From: Candidatus Woesebacteria bacterium GW2011_GWB1_39_10
Lineage (GTDB): Bacteria; Patescibacteriota; Microgenomatia; UBA8517
Length of the DNA stretch: 49,258 nt
Assembly: GCA_000993205.1 (NCBI GenBank)
Contig: LBVU01000001.1
Location: 74,155-123,412 of the forward strand
Direction of reading: 5' to 3'
The notes below the pieces were generated by a model. The model worked only from the letters and a program-made list of their open reading frames with translations. It did not search any database and was not told the DNA's origin. Shown piece after piece: positions 34,881-43,848 of this stretch. The position numbers and the translations under genes were made by a program. How positions within the stretch are numbered: position 1 is the stretch's first letter; each line of letters starts with the position of its first letter.

Positions 34881-34954
34881 TGACCCCATTGGGATTTGAA
34901 CCCAAATACCAGGGATGAAAACCCTGTATCCTAACCGGGTTAGATGATGGGGCC
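34881..34954 (-). tRNA. tRNA-Glu (anticodon UUC)
   Basis: The reverse complement ggccccatcatctaacccggttaggatacagggttttcatccctg... folds as a cloverleaf by hand. It has a 7-bp acceptor stem, a TTTTCAT anticodon loop and a GGTTCAAATCC T-arm. Confidence 0.85.
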
Positions 34955-34989
34955 ATGTAAAACTCGCTTTGCTCGTCACATGGCAAGCC

Positions 34990-35253
34990 CTAGATAATTT
35001 TTAATTGTTTTTTTAAAAATCTATGACCCGATCCACTTTTGAGAAATTTTTCTCTTCCAGTGGCATCTTTTCTTGCTAAATAAGCTTCAAAATATATGAT
35101 TTTCCAAGGCGCTTTACGTTTTGTGTAATAAGCTGTAAACGCATTATGCTTTGCAAGCCGATTTACCGGATTATCGGGCGTATACCCAATATACCAACTT
35201 TTATCCTGTTTGCTTTCTAAAAGATAAACAAAATACATTTTTCTAGCTTGCAA
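34990..35253 (-). CDS. GIY-YIG nuclease family protein (UPF0213-like)
   Basis: YFVYLLESKQDKSWYIGYTPDNPVNRLAKHN. The true start may be the second ATG, at 35238. Confidence 0.8.
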   Translation of the reverse strand: MQARKMYFVYLLESKQDKSWYIGYTPDNPVNRLAKHNAFTAYYTKRKAPWKIIYFEAYLARKDATGREKFLKSGSGHRFLKKQLKII

Positions 35254-35286
35254 CGTGATCGATCTTTAAAGATCGATTTTACGTTG

Positions 35287-35358
35287 TGAGCCCTCTGGGA
35301 CTCGAACCCAGAACCGCTTCCTTAAAAGGGAATTGCTCTACCATTGAGCTAAGGGCCC
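35287..35358 (-). tRNA. tRNA-Lys (anticodon UUU)
   Basis: The reverse complement gggcccttagctcaatggtagagcaattcccttttaaggaag...gggttcgagtccc... folds with a 7-bp acceptor stem and a CTTTTAA anticodon loop. Confidence 0.85.
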
Positions 35359-35377
35359 TTCGCGAACGAAGTTCGCT

Positions 35378-35483
35378 CAGGGCAAGCCCTTCGAAAAGAG
35401 CTTGTCATTCAGGGCAAGCCCTTCGAAAAGAGCTTGTCATTCAGGGCAAGCCCTTCGAAAAGAGCTTGTCATTCAGGGCAAGC
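35378..35483. repeat. 32-bp tandem repeat, 3 full copies plus a partial one (cagggcaagcccttcgaaaagagcttgtcatt)
   Basis: The units start at 35378, 35410, 35442 and 35474 and are perfect copies. The array lies between GIY-YIG gene 2 and tRNA-Lys. Confidence 0.85.
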
Positions 35484-35497
35484 ATTATATAAGGGAC

Positions 35498-35755
35498 TTA
35501 TCCTTCTAGCGAACTGTTAATTAAATTTAACTTTTTTTCTCTTCTCCAGCCTTTTATTTCAATCTCTCTCTTTGCAGCCTTGGATTTTGATCCGACAAAC
35601 TCTTGAAAAACCAGTTTTGCAGGTAATTTGCCTCGAACTGATACTGCGCCACACTTGTTGTTGTGTTTCCAAACTCTCCTTTCTACATCATTTGAAATTC
35701 CGGTGTAGAGGGAGCCATCTTTACACTCAACAATATATACACTCCAGTTGGCCAC
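35498..35755 (-). CDS. GIY-YIG nuclease family protein
   Basis: WSVYIVECKDGSLYTGISNDVERRVWKHN...REIEIKGW. Confidence 0.8.
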   Translation of the reverse strand: MANWSVYIVECKDGSLYTGISNDVERRVWKHNNKCGAVSVRGKLPAKLVFQEFVGSKSKAAKREIEIKGWRREKKLNLINSSLEG

Positions 35756-35876
35756 AACATCTGTATTTTACTTCATAGGCTGGCATTCCTCAAGCTGAGA
35801 CTTGAAATTTAGGGAGTTTTGGATGATTGGGGAAATGAGATATAATACTGGCTAGGTACATTGGGCCTTAAAATAT

Positions 35877-35949
35877 TCCGGAGTCGTCTAACGGTAAGGA
35901 CGTCTGCCTTTGGAGCAGAAAACTCTTGGTCCGAATCCAAGCTCCGGAG
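35877..35949 (+). tRNA. tRNA-Gln (anticodon UUG)
   Basis: tccggagtcgtctaacggtaaggacgtctgcctttggagcaga...cttggtccgaatccaagctccggag has a 7-bp acceptor stem and a CTTTGGA anticodon loop. Confidence 0.85.
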
Positions 35950-36023
35950 CAAGACACAATGGAATAAAATGTTCTAACATTGTTATTCGACTGCACTCAT
36001 AATTTCAATTCCAGCAGTTCAGC

Positions 36024-36103
36024 CCTTCGACTCCTTCCATCCTTCGGCATGCTCAGGATGACCCTGAGTATAATCGAATGGGTCAGTCGCTCAGGGCCTT
36101 CGG
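36024..36103. repeat. REP-like dispersed repeat, copy D (composite)
   Basis: ccttcgactc...gctcaggatgaccctgag (a CTCAGG/CCTGAG hairpin) ...gtcgctcagggccttcgg. Confidence 0.55.
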
Positions 36104-36265
36104 TCTTTAAACGAAGTCGAAATGCACCTTGTTTGCTCCCAGTTAGGCTCTAAATGTAGTTTCTGCCTGATTATGCCAAAATCACCGGTATGTAAAGCTA
36201 AACCGTTACCGGAATGGTTGAATAACTATTCGCTTAGGGAGATACTCAAGTGATATGATTGAGAT

Positions 36266-36544
36266 ATGATTTTGATAACACATATAGTATTGGCCACTAT
36301 TAGCATCATTTACTCTTCCTATGTTGCCATATTCCCTACTAAAATTAAACTCCGTAATACATATTTACTTGCGCTTGGCACAATTGTAAGCGGCTCGATG
36401 GTAACTATCATTGCCCCCCTGCATTTGGGGAAGGCCTGCATAGAAGGGGCTTTCTATATTGGATTCATGATTGCGATTTCGGTGATAACCCGAAAAAGAC
36501 TTACTAACAGAACTTATGGTAGCAAACAAATCACGTTTATGTAA
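36266..36544 (+). CDS. small three-TM membrane protein
   Basis: 92-aa hydrophobic ORF with no recognised motif. Confidence 0.5.
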   Translation: MILITHIVLATISIIYSSYVAIFPTKIKLRNTYLLALGTIVSGSMVTIIAPLHLGKACIEGAFYIGFMIAISVITRKRLTNRTYGSKQITFM

Positions 36545-36794
36545 AAGAAATATGAAGTTAGGAAATATTGATAGTCAAAAATATGGTATAATAAGGAATC
36601 AACAATTCACTTTCGTTTACACGGTTAGTTGAGATTCTCCTTGAGAGAGGCGGCAGGATAGATAAGTATTACCTTCATGACTGGAACAGGAATAAGCACG
36701 CAACGGTTTACCTAAAAGGCTGGTTTGGAGGCAAAAATATAAGGGAAGCAATTATCAAGGCATTGGCTTGATTCGAGGTGATATCCTGTAGTAC

Positions 36795-36823
36795 TTGACA
36801 TTATCAAATCGGTGTGATACACT
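36795..36823 (+). promoter_or_regulatory. sigma70-type promoter TTGACA-17-TACACT, giving a ~160-nt leader before the DEAD-box helicase gene
   Basis: The hexamers can be read directly. A long 5' UTR is common for cold-responsive DEAD-box genes (inference). Confidence 0.45.
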
Positions 36824-36990
36824 TCACATTGTTAGCAGGTCAGAGGTAATAGATCTGCTTAAATTTAGTTAATATTTAAAGTTTAGTTTTTAAGAAAATA
36901 GGTACCCCAAGTATTTATATATTATTTGTATCTTTTTCTTCACTAGGCCCAAATGTAATTTTTCTTTAAGCAGTTCTGTTCCCTTTACCC

Positions 36991-38211
36991 ATGTATAACA
37001 ATAGATTCAAACCAAGCCACAGAGGTCCGCAAAGGGGATTTCTTCGTGGAAATTTGACCAGCCGTGGAGGCGTGTCTTCCCGTGGAGTCAGGAGAGTAAA
37101 AACTTTTGACCCTTCCCAAGTCATCAACAATTTACCTCAAAATGTGTCACCAGAATTACAGGAAGAATATATTCCGACTCATGCGTTTGTCGACTTTAAT
37201 ATTGATGAACGTTTGAAAGCAAATATTCTAAAGCACGGCTACAAAGTTCCCACCCCTGTCCAGGATAAGGCCATACCGGCAATTTTGGAAGGACGGGATT
37301 TGATAGGAATTGCCAATACCGGAACGGGTAAAACTGCCGCTTTTTTGATTCCATTGGTTAATAAAATGTTGGCCGATAGAAATTTTAAGGTCCTTATAAT
37401 GGCCCCAACACGTGAGCTTGCATCGCAAATTAAAGATGAGCTTTTTGTTTTTGCCGACGGACTTGGAATCTATGCAGCGCTTTTAATTGGTGGTGCCAGC
37501 ATGGGCAGGCAAATCGACAGTTTAAGACGCAACCCGAATTTTGTGATAGGTACACCAGGCAGGGTTACAGATTTGATCAAAAATAGGTACTTAGATTTAT
37601 CCCGTTTTTCCGCGGTAGTTTTAGACGAGGCGGATCACATGGTGGACATTGGATTCATTCACGATATTAAATACATGATTTCTCTTCTTCCCACCAAACG
37701 TTTGTCTCTTTTCTTTTCCGCGACAATTGACGAGGCAGTGCGCGGAATATTGCAAAGTTTTGTCCATAATCCCGTAACAGTTTCTGTTAAAACCGGAGAT
37801 ACGGCGGCAAATGTCGAACAAAAGACGATAAGAGTAGGCGACCCCGCCAAAAAGATTGAACAGCTACACCAACTTCTTATTCAAAAAGAATTCGAAAAAG
37901 TGCTGATTTTTGGCAGGACTAAGCATGGAGTACAACGGCTGTCGGACGATCTGGTCAAACGTGGATTTAGGTCCGATGCTATTCATGGAAACAAGAATCA
38001 AAGCCAAAGAATTAGGTCGCTGGCATCTTTTAAACAAAACAACATTCAAATTTTAATCGCAACCGATGTGGCTTCCCGCGGCCTGGATATTCCCAACGTA
38101 AGCCACGTAATTAACTACGATTTACCCGAATCTTACGAGGCATATATCCACAGAATCGGAAGAACGGGTAGGGCGGACAAAAAGGGTATTGCCCTGACGT
38201 TTGTGGGGTAA
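36991..38211 (+). CDS. DEAD-box ATP-dependent RNA helicase with an RG-rich N-terminus
   Basis: The Q-motif region, ANTGTGKTAAF, VLDEADHM, FSAT and HRIGRTGR. Confidence 0.93.
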   Translation: MYNNRFKPSHRGPQRGFLRGNLTSRGGVSSRGVRRVKTFDPSQVINNLPQNVSPELQEEYIPTHAFVDFNIDERLKANILKHGYKVPTPVQDKAIPAILEGRDLIGIANTGTGKTAAFLIPLVNKMLADRNFKVLIMAPTRELASQIKDELFVFADGLGIYAALLIGGASMGRQIDSLRRNPNFVIGTPGRVTDLIKNRYLDLSRFSAVVLDEADHMVDIGFIHDIKYMISLLPTKRLSLFFSATIDEAVRGILQSFVHNPVTVSVKTGDTAANVEQKTIRVGDPAKKIEQLHQLLIQKEFEKVLIFGRTKHGVQRLSDDLVKRGFRSDAIHGNKNQSQRIRSLASFKQNNIQILIATDVASRGLDIPNVSHVINYDLPESYEAYIHRIGRTGRADKKGIALTFVG

Positions 38212-38263
38212 ACAATTTTTCTTCAAGAACATCTTTCCAGCACTTCTTTATCTCTTCACTAAT

Positions 38264-38298
38264 CGTTATATGCTTTATGCTGTATGCCTTATGGTCAA
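38264..38298. repeat. heptamer array (cgttata tgcttta tgctgta tgcctta tggtcaa) spanning the start codon at 38284
   Basis: The 7-nt period can be read directly. Confidence 0.65.
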
Positions 38299-38862
38299 AA
38301 ACCTTACAAACGCTTGAATGGAATATGGTATCCTTATTTTGAAATGACAGAGAAAACGGATCTTAAAACAGGTGAGTTTGGGGAAGGAACTTCTTTGGCT
38401 GAAGGGATGTGGAACACACTGGAAAAAATGGAGGGAAGGGATGGTGTGGACCAGGAAAGGAGAAAGAAACAACTAGCGGTTTTGAAAAATCTGCCTGAGG
38501 ATTTTGATTTGTTGGTCAAAGGTTTTTATATTTTAAAACCCGACGACCAACTCCAGGGTGAGATTTTTGAATATTTAGTAAGAGCCGATAATATGAGAGG
38601 TAATTTGCAATTTGTCATAGACCTATTAAAAGGGGATGGGGTTGATGTTTTGAAAAAAAACGGTTTACAAAATTTGGCTGCAATTATCGGCCAAATTGAG
38701 ATTGCTGATGACTTTTCTATTGCTGTTGTAAGACCTTATGACGGCGTGGATCACGGTGGTTTTAATTATAATCACAGATATTATAGAATGCACTCACCAT
38801 TTTCGAGAGAAGATGTTCATGCGATGGCAGACTTCGTGAGAAATAATATATCTAGAAGCTAA
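38284..38862 (+). CDS. hypothetical protein
   Basis: 192-aa ORF with no recognised motif. Confidence 0.5.
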   Translation: MPYGQKPYKRLNGIWYPYFEMTEKTDLKTGEFGEGTSLAEGMWNTLEKMEGRDGVDQERRKKQLAVLKNLPEDFDLLVKGFYILKPDDQLQGEIFEYLVRADNMRGNLQFVIDLLKGDGVDVLKKNGLQNLAAIIGQIEIADDFSIAVVRPYDGVDHGGFNYNHRYYRMHSPFSREDVHAMADFVRNNISRS

Positions 38863-38880
38863 TTTATTAAAAAGAGCGTA

Positions 38881-38908
38881 TTGACATTGTGTATTAATAT
38901 TGTATGAT
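38881..38908 (+). promoter_or_regulatory. promoter TTGACA-16-TATGAT of the toxin-antitoxin operon (leaderless geometry)
   Basis: The -10 ends 6 nt before the ATG at 38915 and there is no SD. Confidence 0.6.
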
Positions 38909-38914
38909 TGTTGT

Positions 38915-39151
38915 ATGACTACAATAAACATATCAATCCCTGAGAAATTAAAGACGGATGCGGAGAAGCTCATTAAACAGGGTTTTTATGCATCTTTCAG
39001 CGACCTGGTCCGTGATTCTATAAGACATGTTCTTAACGTGAACAAATACGATCGATGGGCCGCTGAAGCAAAAGAAGATCTTAAGAACGGAAAGGCTGTT
39101 GTTCTAAAGAACGCAAACGATATTGAAAAGTACATGGAATCTATTAGATAA
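38915..39151 (+). CDS. ribbon-helix-helix antitoxin (ParD/CopG-like)
   Basis: MTTINISIPEKLKTDAEKLIKQGFYASFSDLVRDSIRHVL is an RHH fold signature. The toxin gene lies 9 nt downstream. Confidence 0.75.
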   Translation: MTTINISIPEKLKTDAEKLIKQGFYASFSDLVRDSIRHVLNVNKYDRWAAEAKEDLKNGKAVVLKNANDIEKYMESIR

Positions 39152-39160
39152 TAGCTTCAA

Positions 39161-39421
39161 ATGTATAGGATTGTGCTTTCTGAAAACTTTCAGAAGGAAC
39201 TGAAGAAAAACATAAAGAAAGACCCGAAGCTTTGGTCGAAGGTTGTCAAAACTTTGAAATTTCTTTCGAAAGACATTAATCACCTTTCATTGAGACTTCA
39301 TAAGTTATCAGGTAAAGAGAATTGGTCGATCTCAGTTTCTAAAAGCTATAGAATCATGTTTAATATTGAAAACGACATTCTTTTTTGTGCCAAATTTGGT
39401 ACCCATGATGAAGTTTACTGA
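39161..39421 (+). CDS. RelE/ParE-superfamily toxin
   Basis: 86 aa. LHKLSGKENWSISVSKSYRIMFNIE fits the RelE/ParE core (H.L.G....S......YRI.F). Confidence 0.75.
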   Translation: MYRIVLSENFQKELKKNIKKDPKLWSKVVKTLKFLSKDINHLSLRLHKLSGKENWSISVSKSYRIMFNIENDILFCAKFGTHDEVY

Positions 39422-39634
39422 TATCAATTTTTCAGCACTTCTTTGCTCGCACAAAGAAATGCTGTGAAGAAAGTGCGCGCTCTTTGTTCGTCATCCACTC
39501 GTGAGTTTGCTCATATCATGCAAAAGATTGCTCCTTCGTCAAGCGAGGGCTGCTTTTGCTTCTTAAATGAATTCACAAACTCTCTCGTGGTTTTCTCACA
39601 AACGCTTGTTTAAAATGACGATATAATATTTGCT

Positions 39635-40033
39635 ATGGGGACAGAAACAGTTAGACAAGATCCTATTTCGGAAGCAATGAGGGCGCTTTATTTTCATTGG
39701 CATATATATTACGAAAAAGACGACCGTGTTGCGAGAGTTGGGTTTAAGAAAACTCCAGGCGGGGAAGACGAAACTCAAAAAAGAACTGTGAATCAAATAC
39801 TTCTTCCATCTTATTTAGATGATCTCAAGATTAATCAGGATGGTGGGGCACAAATGACGGAGGCTTGTAGCGCCATTGTGGATGTTCTTTTTGAAGTTTC
39901 GCCCAAGGCACTGGAAGCATGGGTGGAAGATCACGACGAACCAATTGAATTTTTGGCCGACCATAATGACCCTAGGATTATTACAATCTCTAAGCTCGCA
40001 CAGACAAAACTAATAGAGAATGGTAAATCGTAA
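39635..40033 (+). CDS. hypothetical protein
   Basis: 132-aa acidic ORF with no recognised motif. Confidence 0.5.
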   Translation: MGTETVRQDPISEAMRALYFHWHIYYEKDDRVARVGFKKTPGGEDETQKRTVNQILLPSYLDDLKINQDGGAQMTEACSAIVDVLFEVSPKALEAWVEDHDEPIEFLADHNDPRIITISKLAQTKLIENGKS

Positions 40034-40039
40034 ATCGGA

Positions 40040-40810
40040 CTACTTCTTAGTAGCCAGAATTGCCATGAAGAGGGGGATTTCGGCTCTACTTCTATTTTCC
40101 ATTCTTCGAGCGCGCCCTTCAGATTCTTTATCGCTTGTCCACTCTTCAATTAACTCAATTACAAAACCTGCGTTCTTTAGCATTTTGGAATAATCGCTTA
40201 AGGGAAAGTGGTAACTTAGGGTGTTTTGGGAATTTGGATCGGACGGATTCATACGGATTGGTATTTCCATTGGAGACATATATTTATCGATTCTTCTATA
40301 CTGAATCTTTCTTTGTTCGTCAATTCCCCAAGATGATTGGCGGGGAATACGAAAGGCGGGATGATTCAGAATAATTAATAATTTAGAATTAAGAATTAAT
40401 AATTTGGAAACATTCTGAAGGACGGCGATGGGGTCACTTATGTTTTGTAAGGTAAGAATAATGGTGGCATGGGTGTAGCTTTCGGGGATATTAAGTGTTT
40501 TGGTGATGTCGTCGACGAAGTACTTATGATTATAATTTTTATCCTCTTTTTTGGCTGTTTTGATCAAATCTTCGGCAATATCGATACCTGTATATTTAAC
40601 GCTTTTGGGAAGTGCGTGAGCCAAAACTCCATTTCCACACCCAAGATCAAGTATGTTGTATATCGTATGTTGTATATTGGGGGAAAGGCCTAAGAGGCGG
40701 AGAACACCGGGGATTACGACGTGCTGATGATAATAATGTCCCCGACCCTGGTCGGTTATTCGGTTGTACCACGGGGCAACTTTTTGCCAGGATGTATTTT
40801 GTTTTCTCAT
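40040..40810 (-). CDS. class I SAM-dependent methyltransferase
   Basis: Motif I ILDLGCGNG. The start is set at MRKQNTSW (40810). The upstream extension of the track ORF is encoded by repeat and promoter sequence. Confidence 0.8.
   Translation of the reverse strand: MRKQNTSWQKVAPWYNRITDQGRGHYYHQHVVIPGVLRLLGLSPNIQHTIYNILDLGCGNGVLAHALPKSVKYTGIDIAEDLIKTAKKEDKNYNHKYFVDDITKTLNIPESYTHATIILTLQNISDPIAVLQNVSKLLILNSKLLIILNHPAFRIPRQSSWGIDEQRKIQYRRIDKYMSPMEIPIRMNPSDPNSQNTLSYHFPLSDYSKMLKNAGFVIELIEEWTSDKESEGRARRMENRSRAEIPLFMAILATKK
40373..40407. repeat. AATTAAN x5 heptamer array inside the methyltransferase gene, which is on the opposite strand
   Basis: aattaat aatttag aattaag aattaat aatttgg. On the minus strand it encodes KLLILNSKLLII. 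Confidence 0.7.
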
Positions 40811-40873
40811 GAGTGAATTATATAACATTAGAGTGATTAGGGTAATTTGGGGGATTTGAGATATAATTTTGAT

Positions 40874-42634
40874 GTGAAGAAAATAATAAAAATAATTTTT
40901 ATAGTTTTTATAATTGTTATAATCACCCCTCAAAAAGTTTTCGCCAAAGACTATTCAATTAAATCTGCCAATTTTGATATAAAGATAAATAAAGACGGGT
41001 CGGCTGATGTAACCGAAACAAGAGTCTACAATTTTGACGGAAGCTTTAGTTGGGCGGATGAATCGATTCCGACAAAAGGATACTCGATACTGGATATTAA
41101 GATACTGGGAGCGGACAGATTTGAGGTGAGCCCGAGTCCGGATAAAATTTATGTCAAATGGTATTACACGGCGGTCAATCAAAATAAAACATTCACGCTT
41201 AAATATACAATTCAAAACGCCGTCGTAAATCACTCGGATATTTCTGAATTTTATTGGCAACTTATCGGAGATGCTTGGACAAAGGGTACAGGAACGATTT
41301 CTGCAAAAGTTCACCTGGCTTACCCTGTTCCTAACGACCAAGTATGGGCATTTGGGCATGGGCCATTGAATGGAAAAGTAAATATTGTAAGTAACACAGA
41401 GGTTGATTTTAGCGCAGAAAGTCTACCGGCAAACAAATTTTTTGAAGTCAGAATTCTGTTTCCAACAAACCCGACATTTGTTAATGCAGATAAAGGCGAT
41501 AGTGATTTAAAGAATATTCTTGCGGAGGAAAAAGGATTTCAAAGCAAGACGCGAATTAGTCAAATTGGGCAAAGTGGTCTAATTGGACTAATTGGCTTTC
41601 TGTTAATTTGGCGAACTGTAGTTTGGGTTTTCCGTTGGTACAAAATAGGCAGGGATAATCCTTTGCCCGAAGCTAACCTTGCGGGAACTCTCCATGAACC
41701 CCCAAGCGATTTAGCGCCTGTTTATGTAGAAACAATGCTTTCCGGTATGGCTACCGGAAAATCTATCGTAGCAACAATATTGGAGTTAACGAGGAGGAAA
41801 ATTTTGGCAATTGATTTTACAAAAGAAGGAAAAAAATCTTTTTGGGGAAACAAAGACGTATATTTTTTGATTCTCAAGAAAGAACCCTACATAGATTTGG
41901 TTTCCCCAATGGAACTGGATTTATTGGAGTTTTTGTTTAATGAGGGTCAGACTCGTTTGAATTTTGATGAAATTAAACATTTTGGAAAAACTCGTCCCAG
42001 CAAAACTCAGAGTTTTTGGATGAAATGGAAGGACGACGCAAAAACAGATTTAAAGAAATTGGGATTTTATGAACAACAAAGTTTGGATATGCAAAAGAAA
42101 GGTATTGGAGAACTTGTAGGTTGGGGCATTTTAACCTACCTTTATTTTCAGTTTGGGGGATTTTTATTAATTCCACAAATAATTCCGATACTCATTATAT
42201 GCGATTTTGTTATGATTCTTTCGGTCGTCTCCATGCGGAAGAAAAGCAGGTGGGGTGGGGAAGAAGTGGCCGGTTGGCTTGCATTTAAAAAGTGGCTCAA
42301 AGACTATTCGGTTACAAAAAATTATTCCATTGATTCCGTAATACTTTGGGAAAAATATTTGGTCTATGGAACTGTTTTGGGAATTTCTGTTAAGGCACTA
42401 TCTCAATTACCAATAAAGTTTAGTGAAGCGGCACAGCGGGGTAGCGGAATGTACATGGCGTTTTACGGCCATGGGACATTGGGGAATTTAGGGGGGTTGG
42501 GGCATTTTGAAAACACTTTTTCGGCGCTTTCTTCATCTTTTAACTCGTACGGAGCCAGCGGTGTTGGGAGTTCCGGAGGATTTTCCGGTGGTGGTGGCGG
42601 TGGAGGAGGGGGCGGAGGCGGAGGGGCAGGGTAG
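40874..42634 (+). CDS. DUF2207-like membrane protein with a poly-Gly C-terminal tail
   Basis: A signal peptide, an N-terminal beta domain, central TM helices, and the C-terminus SGGFSGGGGGGGGGGGGGAG. The GTG at 40874 is preferred over the TTG at 40847, which lies inside a conserved G-rich motif. Confidence 0.65.
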   Translation: MKKIIKIIFIVFIIVIITPQKVFAKDYSIKSANFDIKINKDGSADVTETRVYNFDGSFSWADESIPTKGYSILDIKILGADRFEVSPSPDKIYVKWYYTAVNQNKTFTLKYTIQNAVVNHSDISEFYWQLIGDAWTKGTGTISAKVHLAYPVPNDQVWAFGHGPLNGKVNIVSNTEVDFSAESLPANKFFEVRILFPTNPTFVNADKGDSDLKNILAEEKGFQSKTRISQIGQSGLIGLIGFLLIWRTVVWVFRWYKIGRDNPLPEANLAGTLHEPPSDLAPVYVETMLSGMATGKSIVATILELTRRKILAIDFTKEGKKSFWGNKDVYFLILKKEPYIDLVSPMELDLLEFLFNEGQTRLNFDEIKHFGKTRPSKTQSFWMKWKDDAKTDLKKLGFYEQQSLDMQKKGIGELVGWGILTYLYFQFGGFLLIPQIIPILIICDFVMILSVVSMRKKSRWGGEEVAGWLAFKKWLKDYSVTKNYSIDSVILWEKYLVYGTVLGISVKALSQLPIKFSEAAQRGSGMYMAFYGHGTLGNLGGLGHFENTFSALSSSFNSYGASGVGSSGGFSGGGGGGGGGGGGGAG

Positions 42635-42673
42635 TTTGACTTTCTGAATACTTTTTGGGACAATCTGCCTAAC

Positions 42674-42925
42674 ATGGCGTTTCTTGAAGAGGGACGGCGG
42701 TTTGCAACCGAGGTTTTCGGTAATAGTGGTAGTGTAGAAAATCTGGGCAAAAGAGTTGCTGCGGCGATATACCATTCAGTTATTCTTCACAACAAAATTG
42801 ATATTAAGTCGGACATTCTTATCGGGGTCGAGAAAAATTTGAGGAAACTCCTAACAGACGATGAAATTAAAAAGATAATTGATCATTACGAACTGGCGAA
42901 GGAAAACACAAATGGAAAGAGATAG
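42674..42925 (+). CDS. hypothetical protein
   Basis: 83-aa ORF with no recognised motif. Confidence 0.45.
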   Translation: MAFLEEGRRFATEVFGNSGSVENLGKRVAAAIYHSVILHNKIDIKSDILIGVEKNLRKLLTDDEIKKIIDHYELAKENTNGKR

Positions 42926-43316
42926 ATCTATCACAATTAATAAAGATTTTAGAACAACACTTTTTCACTGGCAAAGTTTTCCGGAGAACGGTGTAGCAAT
43001 TGATAGGATAAATAGTTTGCTTTCTATGACTAATCAAATGGGATTAGATTTGGCCCTTCGAATTAAGGCGGAGACCTTTGAAAATAGTGAGGGGAGGCGG
43101 GCAATCCAACTGAACGATCTTTCGAGACTTGCAAAAAAGCAGGGTTATTTATACACCTTTCGTTTTAGGACAAATACAGAAACAGGCAAATATAGTATTC
43201 TTGCCAGAAGTGTAGGAGGGCAACCCCATCTTTTATTTTTTGAAGGGCGAAAAGGCAAGCGTGTTTGGATGGCGGCTTTTAGACCCCATGAGATTGATTC
43301 GTTTGTCGTCAAATGA
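42912..43316 (+). CDS. hypothetical protein, paralog 1 of a tandem pair
   Basis: MERDRSI...LFHWQSFPENG...AFRPHEIDSF. It is collinear with 43376-43783. Confidence 0.55.
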   Translation: MERDRSITINKDFRTTLFHWQSFPENGVAIDRINSLLSMTNQMGLDLALRIKAETFENSEGRRAIQLNDLSRLAKKQGYLYTFRFRTNTETGKYSILARSVGGQPHLLFFEGRKGKRVWMAAFRPHEIDSFVVK

Positions 43317-43375
43317 ATACGACGATAAATATTGGTGTTTGATTATTTGTTTTCCCCCCGTTAAACTCTTTAACG

Positions 43376-43783
43376 GTGGAACGTAAAAACAGTATCGATT
43401 CGTGTTTAAATTTTGAGCTTTCCAATGCCCTTTTTTTGTGGCAAAAAATGCCGGACTCCAGAGAATATATGGCGAAAGTTAATGAGGCGATTGAGGCAAC
43501 TCAGAAAGGGGGAGGCTTGATAATGAAGGTGAAAAGAGAGGTGCTCGACAGATTTGGAATTGAGATAGCCCCAATTATTAAGATAGTTGCTTTTAGGTAT
43601 GCTATCGTTAATGGCTACAGTTTGGTTTTTGAATCTTCACCCGATCTTTCCATGCGAATGGGTTCGATTAGAGAGAATGTTTATTTGTTTTTAGACTCCC
43701 GAACAGAAAAAACAATTGGTTTTTTCAGACCGGAGGATATTCTTGAGTTAAAAGCGAAGGAGTCTACATTAAGTGGAAATTGA
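43376..43783 (+). CDS. hypothetical protein, paralog 2 of a tandem pair
   Basis: (GTG start) MERKNSI...LFLWQKMPDSR...FFRPEDILEL. It has the same length class and motif order as paralog 1. Confidence 0.55.
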   Translation: MERKNSIDSCLNFELSNALFLWQKMPDSREYMAKVNEAIEATQKGGGLIMKVKREVLDRFGIEIAPIIKIVAFRYAIVNGYSLVFESSPDLSMRMGSIRENVYLFLDSRTEKTIGFFRPEDILELKAKESTLSGN

Positions 43784-43848
43784 GGAACAAAAAAGCTATA
43801 ATCCCCATAGTTTGCACATTTCGGCTTAAAATCTGATCGGAGGAACAA

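Noticed and set aside
35378-35483. Possible CRISPR array (repeated 32-bp units)
   Set aside because: The units are directly contiguous with no spacers, there are only about 3.3 copies, and no cas genes are in the window. It is a simple tandem repeat derived from the REP-like GCTCAGGGCAAGCCC element.
35286-35492. 68-aa plus-strand ORF
   Set aside because: It is composed of the antisense strand of tRNA-Lys plus the 32-bp tandem repeat, which explains its repeated SGQALRKELVIQGKPFEKSL-type peptide. It is not a gene.
34881-36265. tRNA cluster as the attachment site of an integrated element or prophage
   Set aside because: I could identify no integrase, recombinase or excisionase, and no direct repeat of a tRNA 3' end. 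The adjacent genes are GIY-YIG nucleases only.
36595-36771. Stop-free 58-codon frame (...LVEILLERGGRIDKYYLHDWNRNKHATVYLKGWFGGKNIREAIIKALA*) in the long spacer before the helicase gene
   Set aside because: It has no ATG, GTG or usable TTG start and no motif I recognise. It may be a gene remnant, but I cannot support that from the sequence alone.
39430-39470. Hairpin AGCACTTCTTTG-ctcgca-CAAAGAAATGCT after the toxin gene, plus the shared CAGCACTTCTTT word at 38239-38250, as a repeat family or terminator
   Set aside because: There are only two short occurrences and the hairpin has no T-tract. The evidence is insufficient to call either a terminator or a repeat family.
42463-42775. Minus-strand ORFs encoding poly-proline (…PPPPPPPPPPPP…)
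   Set aside because: This is the antisense reading of the poly-Gly tail codons of the DUF2207 gene, so it is a shadow ORF.
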